33,042 nucleotides of DNA. Source: Octopus bimaculoides (Eukaryota). Both the position numbers and the translations under genes were made by a program. A model generated the notes under the pieces. The model was not told the origin of the DNA, made no database searches, and worked only from the letters and a program-made list of their open reading frames with translations. The stretch is taken from positions 105,537,323 to 105,570,364 of the forward strand of contig NC_068983.1 of NCBI RefSeq assembly GCF_001194135.2, in the 5' to 3' direction. Positions 24,879-33,042 of the stretch are shown piece by piece (within the stretch, counting starts at the first letter, position 1; every line of letters starts with the position of its first letter).

Positions 24879-25221
24879 TACATTATTTACATTTGATGGA
24901 TATTTGTCCTCATCTTATTTGTTGTTAACACTTCGGCTGATATACCCTCCAGCCTTCAACAGGTGTCTTGGGGAAATGCCCACAGGCATATGGCATAGTG
25001 GTTAAGAGTGCGGGCTACTAACCCCAAAATTCTGGGTTTGATTCCAGGCAGTGACCTGAATAATAATAATAATAATAATAATATCAAAAAATACCTTAGG
25101 AATGAGAACCCAGGTTCGAAATTTCCCCAAGACACCTGATGAAGGCTGGAGGGTATATCAGCTGAAACGTGTTAACAACAAACAAGATGAGGACAAATAT
25201 CCATCAAATGTAAATAATGTA
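24879..25221 (+). mobile_element. tRNA-headed element with hammerhead-like 3' domain and an upstream inverted copy of that domain
   Basis: The arms 24879-24977 and 25121-25221 are inverted repeats differing by 3 substitutions and one 2-nt indel. Between them lie an A box (TGGCATAGTGG, 24991-25001), a B box (GGTTTGATTCC, 25035-25045), (AAT)n and a second GGTTCGAAA (25113-25121). The arm contains GACAC-CTGATGA-A-GGCTG..CAGC(C/T)-GAAAC-GTGTT. Confidence 0.75.
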
Positions 25222-26067
25222 AATAAAGTCATTAATTTTGTCATAGAAGTTATCTTACAGATAAAATGTAAACATAGCTGTGTTAGCATCACAGCTGCTA
25301 ATTTAGTTTGAAATTGTATGATTTCAGGCCTGGTGTTTGTTTTGAGATTTACATATTTAATGAAAAAAAATAAAAATTCAGTAGTCAACTGAAAAAAATG
25401 CTACATACAGATGCAGGCATGGCTGTGTAGTTAAGAAATTCACTTTGCAGCTACTTGATCCACCACAGAGGTTTTATTGGTTAACATAAATATATTTATT
25501 GGTACATATTAAATGTATATATATATATAGGCAAAAAGGAAATATGGTGATTAAAAACTGAGTATCAGATGAAATCCACCAGTTATTAGTTTAAAAACAA
25601 TTTTATTTATTAATTTTAAACATTTATTTACAGTTAATATGAAATGTATATTTTCACATATTTTTGTATGCATAGATCAACTATTTTACATCTCTTTTCC
25701 CATAGTTCTTTGCTCTCCTTTGTAGTAATTGTTAAAATTAAGTATGAAGAAGTATATTTATTTACAATCCTGCTGTTATGTAACTGCTAGTTAAATCAAA
25801 CTACACAATTATTTTCACCACCAACTCATGACATTTTTCCATCCAGCATTCATGATCTGTTCACATTACTATTCCATATTAATCAAAGAACAGAAAAATG
25901 TTTGCCAATTGCTAATGCTGTCAATCTGAGAATTGAGTGATGTACTCTTTTACAATAGTCTTGCCTTTACAGAACCCAAACTATTTTTTTTGTAACCCAA
26001 GAAGGACAGTGTTATTGGCTCTTGCAGATCCTACTGGACTCCTATGTGAATAGTGTTCAGTTTTAAC

Positions 26068-26323
26068 TAGAGCTGTGGAGTTGAAACAAAAAACTTTAAT
26101 TCTGACCCCTTTACTATTGGCACCTCCGACTCCGGCAATTGATTGTAGCTACATATCTCATAAAGCATATGCATACGCTTGTACTTTGAGTAGGCCTATA
26201 TGTTAAAACTGGTTTATATTAAAGAATAAAGATATTGTGAGTTGGAGTCGGAGTCAGTATAGTTTTACCGACTCTGACTCTAGCTACCCCTTAATTGTTT
26301 CCAACTCCAACTCCACAGCCCTA
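26068..26323. mobile_element. hAT-type MITE (256 bp)
   Basis: The TIRs are TAG(A/G)GCTGTGGAGTTG at both ends. The flanking 8-mers GTTTTAAC (26060-26067) and GTTTTATC (26324-26331) match at 7/8 positions, as expected for an 8-bp TSD. Internal GGAGTC/GACTCC hexamer repeats are present. Confidence 0.75.
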
Positions 26324-26640
26324 GTTTTATCTTTGACAGTTAAATGTCTAAAATGAAAATGAGAACAAAGAGAATTCCAGAGTGTTGTATTTCTGATGAG
26401 GAAGTATTTAAAACAAGATCTAGAGGAATATTAGGGAGGGGGATAGGTGCTTTAAATGGGTTTTATCTAAGGAAGATCGTAGTTTCCAAAAGTCAGAGTA
26501 TCAGACACTATTGCATTAGCTGTAGAAGAGAGAGAAAGCTCCAAACTCAAAGTAGTCTACTATTGTATGTATTGATGAGTAAAGGGTTTCCCCCACCACT
26601 GCTTGTTAAATTGATGTTATCAACTTGATGAAGCTTTTAA

Positions 26641-26858
26641 TCCTTTAGCATTCAGACTATTCTGTGAAATATAATGTTTATATATTCACATTGCTTGGAA
26701 TTAATCATACATTATCACATAGCTTCATGATTTTGATGATGTGATTTGTTTTTCGGAATGATATTGAAGAATGGGCATGAAAGGCTGGGTCTGGTCATTT
26801 TCAACATAAAACCAGTAGAATATTTAGGCCTGATATGACCAGTTTGAATGCTAAAGGG
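26641..26858. mobile_element. piggyBac-like MITE (~218 bp), copy 2, opposite orientation to copy 1
   Basis: The ends are TTAA|TCCTTTAGCATTC and GAATGCTAAAGGG|CTAA. The body is colinear in reverse with 387-603. Confidence 0.7.
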
Positions 26859-26967
26859 CTAAACATCACTTGGGTAAATTTTTCTTTCACTCATTCCATA
26901 TCTGTTACATTCAGTAGTCTATAAATAATGTAGAGAACCTCCAATTGGCATATCACTGATACATCAA

Positions 26968-26968
<1 letters not shown>

Positions 26969-27028
<60 letters not shown>

Positions 27029-27037
27029 CTCTCTCTC
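26969..27037. repeat. Compound (CA)n(CT)n microsatellite
   Basis: Direct reading. Confidence 0.95.
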
Positions 27038-28123
27038 ACTCTCACTGAGAAAAATCAAAAAAGAATCACACAATATAAACACTAAATAAACAAAGCATTT
27101 CCAGAGCTTATAATATTCCAAACTAATTATAGAGTATGTGCACCTCTCCAAAATATATCAAGGAAGACAAGGGTCACTATATGTCAATTTACATTTGTTT
27201 CTATAGTATCTCTAGGTGTTTTCTTATACTTTCTATAGTTTTAGGATATCGATAAATTTTTTTTTGAATTTCATTCATGCATCTGCTCTGCAACTAATAC
27301 ATACTAGTATTAGGTATTAAAATGAATAATTTTAGAATTTGCATACTTTTAAGCAATTGCGTTTCCAATTGAATGTTTTTTTTCTCCTATCATAACCAGT
27401 GATGAAGTAGGAATAGAATTTGCTATCAACCAAATTGTGTGCTATGTCTGGTCTTATTAAAAATATACTACATTTCACTAATTTCTGTATATCCTGATAG
27501 CATGAGTTATTAGCAATTTCCTTTCTCTGCTCTAATTGAAGTTAGATATTTTTTTTTCTCTTATAATATTTGTTCACCAACTCACACTATTTTATTATCT
27601 CTAATTTAGAAATATTTTTCATGTGTTCAAAGTTAATATTTATTAGAAATGTTTTGAAATATTTTTTATTTCATTTTATCATCTATTATCTTCTCTTGTT
27701 AAATATCTTTGGCACATGTATATGGAAAGTTTGCATTTATTAAAATCAAGTAATGTGTATGATAGGATTTTGGAATGAAGAATAAGGATACCTTGATCTT
27801 TCTATTATACATTTTCCTATAGCCTTCACCTTTTTAAGACTTTTGGGTTAATCTATCATCTTGTTATTTCTGTACTAGAAAGAAAGGCCAATCTCTTCAA
27901 GAATACACAGTTTTCTATGTCAATTGAGGGGGATTTTTTTTACAATCAGAGTATCAAAACAATAATTACTTGTTCTTTGTTATGATTTTAAGCTTAAGTT
28001 TTTACTGCAAATAAGTACATCCCTTAAATGATAATATCAGTCTCTAGGCATCCAATTATATTTCATATTCTTTCAGATTCTATGAAAATTATTTTAAGAA
28101 AATCTTGCTATTAATTCAATTCC

Positions 28124-28972
28124 ATGTTTGCTCCAAGTATAGAACATATTCTAAATGCCATGCTCTAATAATTTCATGATCAAGCAATGCAAATGCAACT
28201 ACAGATTCTATATAAAGCACCTATGGTGATGATGTAGTGTGTGAAAGAACATGTAGGAGATGCTTTTTCTGTTTCAGAAAGGGTGACTTCAAGCTAAAGA
28301 GAAGGTTACCTAAGTAGACTTGACTTCAGCACATTGGAACCAGCTTAGGAAAATCAGTGCTTGGAAAATCAATTTGACATTACCTGTAAGCAGAAAATCA
28401 GAGACAACATGTTAAATATTATGCATCATTCCACCCCTCTCAACTTGGGGTTGATAAGTGGAATCTTAATCACAATATTTAACAGGTGTGTCAATGACTT
28501 TGTTGTGGAAGGCCTGCTCAGCAACCAAAAGTAGGCCTGCAATCCAAAGAAGGTTCTTTTAAGTGTTTGGTAGAATGTGCAGGGACTCATTTATTACAAT
28601 CTGTCAAGCAATCAGTTAAAACCAAAGTTTACTGTCAACAGTTAAGGCATTGAAAAGCATCTTTGGACAAAAAATCATCCCTCTATATCAAACAATATAG
28701 AACATCCTTCATTGTGATATACATGACTCTATACTGCATGAATAACCAAAAATCTGGAAGAACTCTACTGGAAATTAATGCTTCTTTCACCATATTCTCC
28801 AGTTCTCCCTCCTTCCAATTACTGTCTGTTTGGAGAGATGAGCCCGAAAATAAGTTGATCTCATATTTCACATCAAAACCAAGAGAATTAATTATATACA
28901 TGTAGCATTAAAAGGATTGTTAGTGGATGGGATAAGGTTGTTGAAAATAATGGTGACTATATTGAGGATTGA
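28124..28972 (+). pseudogene. Decayed mariner (Tc1/mariner, DD34D-type) transposase
   Basis: Across stops and frameshifts it reads MFAPSIEHILNAML**FH..., TYGDDVVCERTCRRCF..FRKGDFKLK (HTH), LGVDKW (cf. TGDEKW), PKKVLLSVW*NVQGLIYYNL, VYCQQL, SPYSPVLPPSNYCLF (cf. YSPDLAPSDY), and WDKVVENNGDYIED*. It is shorter than a full transposase, implying internal deletions. TIRs could not be defined confidently. Confidence 0.85.
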
Positions 28973-31900
28973 ATAGAGCTCCACTGTTTTGTTTTATTTG
29001 TCATTGAAGTAATTGAATAGAACTTAAATTACAACCTGATCTATTGTCTAATAACCTTAGTTTCTATCATACAAATGAGACATTGAGAGAAATTTTTTCT
29101 TAAATGAATGAAGAAAGTGTCAGGTGTCATGAAAGTATTAGATTAGAACTTGATTTTAAAATATCATTGATTGGTGATTAACAGTAACAAGAATGTATAT
29201 AATTTGATCTAGTAAAAAAAATAACCCCAAAAAAAACATTTTTTAATGAGTTCCGAATAGATACATTTGTGAAGTTTCTTTAAAATTTCAGTGGATTTTG
29301 AAAAAAAAATTGAACATATTCATTAAAATTAAAGAAATAATCAGTTCTTTCTCTTATATTCATAAATTTTGTTTCCTTATACTGATATTCTATTTGCTAT
29401 TAAGTTTACTATTAAAGTAAAATAAGTTGTTTAAGTATTAATCCAATGAGAGGATTAACAGAGTTATGACTGCATGACACTGTATTTAACTGGAAGAGTG
29501 AAATGATTGCTCAAGGTTAGTTTCTTCACTGTCTAGCTCATTCATTCACCTTAAGCCCTGAGGCTTATTTCATACTTATAGCTCCACTGGATACATCTGC
29601 GGTAAGGGCTTAAAGGAATTCTCCATTTGAAATTGTTTTATAGTAGAATCAAGCACTTTTTTAAACAATGAATACTAAATATATGTAATTATGGATGCTA
29701 TTATCTTTATTGGTATCTAGGACATCCTTTCTAAAGATAGATTTTGTCTCTAGAATTGAATCAAAATTAATATTGAATAGATTAGTTTTGTTTTTATCAA
29801 ACTATGTCACTGCTCATAGTCATGCTGATGTTGAAGGGTGATAGGGATAGTTTCAAACATTTAATAAAGATCTAATTTTTTGATCAATGATCTTTATATT
29901 CTGTATAATTGCTTTCATTAATTTGTTGCCACATAATTATTGATTCACTTTTAATTGGAGCCTAATATTAGTTTTATTTGTTAAATAAGCTTTCAATAAA
30001 TATTTTTGCTGGAAATTTATAAATAATTCGCTTTTGATATAATATTGATTTTCTAAGAGAAAGAAGCTACCAGACAATTGTTTTGTTTTCAGCCAAATTT
30101 ATCAAATTAAGGGGAAGTTGAAGCAAAGGTAATGAGATGAAAGTAGACACAAAGGTAAACAAGATGAGGTTATGTTCTTTTATATGGTTACCTTTGTTAC
30201 AAAGGTATCAAGAGGAGGATTGGCACAAAGGTAACATGATGAAGGTTGAAAGAATTAAAATGTAGAGATCTTCTTAGAATGTATAAAGTAATGTAAGTTA
30301 TAAACCTTACAAATTAATCAAATGTCAGAGTGGGGTGCTACTTATTAGTGAAGGTGTTCTGTTAGTGGAGGAGAATACATTAATGGTAGACCAGATAAAA
30401 TTTAGATGTGTGTCACTGATGAGACGTAATAGAAATGAGACCTGTATTGGTTTTTAGACCTATCTAACTTGTGGCAGGAGGTATAAATTGGCAATAAGAT
30501 GGTGGTGGTGTTTATTTTATATAGATTATCAATAGATGATGTCTTACATAGATGTTGTTTTCTAAGAAAAGTTATTTTTAAAAAATTGCAAATCTAATTT
30601 AATTATAGTAAAAGATAACAGTATTAACTATAAATGTAAACCCTCAAAATTCAACATTAAATCTGAACTACTGCTATACTTGTCATGGTAAAATTGTTTC
30701 TAAGTATCATATTACATGTTATCTTTAAATTTAAAATATCATTTTTGAGGTCAGTGAAGGATTAAATGAGACAAGATTGATTTGAGCATATTATTTTTAG
30801 GTAGTTATCATGATTGATGCTAATCTTCTTTCAAGGTTTGTTGTTATAAAATGTTAATAGGGTTTCTTTAGAATGCTTGTTTTAGTATAGAATTGTCCTA
30901 TGGAGTAATTTTGTTTTAACTATTCAAATAACTCATAGGATGCGGAACAATTATTCAGATTTATTTCATAGCTCTATTATCATCTCCCTAATGCCAATCA
31001 GTATTAATAAAATCTTGTATTTTTTTTTTTTTAGTCTTTTTAGATCAAGTTATCCTGGATTGAGTTGAAGTTTAAAAATTTTTTTTCCCCTTTTTTTTTT
31101 ATATAAGCATAAAAATTCCTAGACAATACTGTTTCTTAAAAAGATATGTCCACTTTTTTAAAGACAAAAGGTGATTCAAAAGAGGGTTTGGTTGCTTTTT
31201 CTACCATTTCAAGGAGCTTGATGGATTTTGTTGCAGATGAATTTTTGTAGTATTTCTAAATATTAAATACTTTTATTTGTATATGTTTAGTTGTAGATTA
31301 TTACATGTGTTATTATTCAGCTTTAAAACTTGAAAATATTAAATAAGATTCTAGAATTTTATATGTATTTAATTGTTACTTCTACGTGATATTTTCATGG
31401 TTACACATAGTATTTAAACAAGGCTGTTTGAACAATATGCAAAACAACATTAATCATTTGAAATTGTTAAGAAACAAACATTTTTATTCAGTATCTCAAA
31501 TGAGTAACAAAAGTGTTTTTTCCTATCATTAACGAACTAAGTGATCAATTATAAAAATCAATATAATTTCTGTTGGTTCTATTTTCCTTTGTGAAAAGTA
31601 AACAATAAATAAAAGCTAGCTATTTGCTTTCTATACTGAAAATATATTCTAATTAGATGCAGCCACTTAAATAGAGTTGTGTGGTACTGTGAATATTTTT
31701 GGTTTGATTGATGCCTTCATTGTAAAGCTTCCAAGTAGTAAAAAGTGAACAAACTTGGATTATTAACCAGAGATAATAATCACATATGAAAAATAATTAG
31801 GAATTTTGATATTGAATATATCAAGCCAGTTTCATTGTGTATTTTTAATGGTTTTGTTTAGTTATATTATTTAATTTTATTATCGGCTGTCTATTTAATA

Positions 31901-32289
31901 TGTAAAATATATTAAATTTCAAAAAATTAAAAAAGAAAAATTATATAAAAATTTATTTGATTCATGGTAAAAAATATGAATCATAGACTTTTATAACTGA
32001 TTCTTTCAATGAATTTTTGCAATTGTACTAGCAGAGCATTGTTGTAAAAAAAAAAAAAAAAAAAAATGTATGTATATTAATTGGAGTGTAAGTAACGTCA
32101 TAGCTATGAAAATAACAGTGTATTACATACACTAAGTGATGATTGTAGTTATGCAAAGTGATGAATTTGCAACTATCTTTTCTGAAGTAAAGGTAAAATC
32201 TAGTTCTTAGGTTTTGGAGCAGAATAGATAAGTTGACAGAAATGATAGAAAGCTGAACTAAATGCAGTTGTTGTCATGTACAGTACACC

Positions 32290-32560
32290 TGCAGTGCGTT
32301 GATGTCACAACAGAAGTCTTCCTGCTTAAGCACAGGTACTCCTGCTGCCTTGCCACTCCTGTCCAACCAATTCATGATATTGTCCATCCATTGCATTCTT
32401 TGCCTATCTCTTGATCTACTATCTTTTACTCTTCCTTCCATGATAATGCTTTCAATACCTCTTCTTCTTTAAATGTGGCTACTAAATACAGTACTGTATT
32501 TAGTTTAGTCTCTTTCTGTTAGTTGAAGTCCCATTGGATTCATTTTCCTGAATTTGATAA
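32290..32560 (-). mobile_element. Decayed RTE/BovB-type LINE ORF2 C-terminus
   Basis: The minus strand reads FSSHI*RRRGIESIIMEGRVKDSRSRDRQRMQWMDNIMNW, compared with the RTE pattern FGHI.RR.GLE..IMEGK..G.R.RGR.R..W.DNI..W. Confidence 0.7.
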
Positions 32561-32685
32561 AATAAGTAAATATACTGGAGTTATTTCATTGTCTACATAA
32601 ATTAACCGTGTGTCTCTACACAAAATCATCATCATCATAGCAGTCATGTTGGAATGTCTGTCTTGTATTTAATTTTCTTTAATGT

Positions 32686-32775
32686 TCAGAGTTCAGTTCC
32701 CACTGTGGCCAACTTTTACTCTCATCCTTCTGGAGATAATAAGATAAGTGCCAATGTACTAACTAGATAAATTTG
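32686..32775 (+). mobile_element. Old fragment of family D SINE
   Basis: ttcagagttcagttcccactgtggccaacttttactctcatccttctggagataataagataagtgcca resembles the reverse of 22100-22190. Confidence 0.4.
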
Positions 32776-32791
32776 TTTCAATCAACTATTC

Positions 32792-32793
<2 letters not shown>

Positions 32794-32830
<37 letters not shown>

Positions 32831-33042
32831 GTTTAACGTCCGCTTTCCATGCTAGCATGGGTTGGACGATTTGACTGAGGACTGGTGAAACCGGATGGCA
32901 ACACCAGGCTCCAGTCTGATTTGGCAGAGTTTCTACAGCTGGATGCCCTTCCTAACGCCAACCACTCAGAGAGTGTAGTGGGTGCTTTTACGTGTCACCC
33001 GCACGAAAACGGCCACGCTCGAAATGGTGTCTTTTATGTGCC
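32794..33042 (-). mobile_element. Young RTE LINE (or RTE-tailed SINE) 3' end with long (GAT)n tail, continuing past the window end
   Basis: (CAT)n at 32794-32830 is followed by gtttaacgtccgctttccatgctagcatgggttggacg...ggatgcccttcctaacgccaaccac, the reverse of the termini at 15670 and 20743. CpGs are intact. Confidence 0.85.

Noticed and set aside
24985-25055. Functional tRNA gene
   Set aside because: The acceptor stem does not pair, the B box has a C-to-T change, and the unit is fused to repeat sequence. It is a SINE head. The same applies to the heads at 9385, 11220, 15934 and 25415.
26388-26580. Further hammerhead-like cores (CTGATGAG gaagtatt TAAAAC; CTGTAGA AGAG..CTC CAAAC)
   Set aside because: The GAAA boxes are mutated and stems I/III cannot be formed. 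This may be pLTR debris but is not supportable.
29549-29616. TTAAGCCCT/AGGGCTTAA inverted 9-mer
   Set aside because: Too short, single-copy, and the interior is unstructured.
30410-30440. GTGTCA-CTGATGA-GACGTAATA-GAAA-TGAGAC hammerhead-like string
   Set aside because: Stem II does not close and stem III is absent. It is compatible with chance in AT-rich DNA.

Overview
AT-rich eukaryotic (animal) genomic DNA with two assembly gaps and no recognisable host protein-coding exon. The repeat families look like those of octopus/coleoid cephalopods; this is recalled from family motifs, not searched. The window is largely a transposon graveyard. It holds RTE-clade LINE pieces (one young, stop-free endonuclease fragment and several 3' ends with (GAT)n tails), a Penelope-like element (PLE) whose GIY-YIG half is inverted relative to its RT half, a decayed mariner transposase, an L2/CR1-type RT scrap, piggyBac-like and hAT-like MITEs, and many tRNA-derived SINEs. 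A CpG-retaining zone at about 2.8-7.3 kb with a strong splice donor suggests a promoter or first exon, with the rest probably intronic. The most interesting signal is a set of minimal type I hammerhead-ribozyme-like motifs. One lies in a tRNA-headed (Pol III) element carrying a PLE-style ~100-bp inverted duplication (24879-25221). Another lies just 3' of the PLE endonuclease (17977-18013). Together they suggest SINE-like non-autonomous elements mobilised by Penelope-type machinery. Most of the ORF track is simple-repeat or antisense noise, except 18512-18892, 19146-19682 and 19679-19861.
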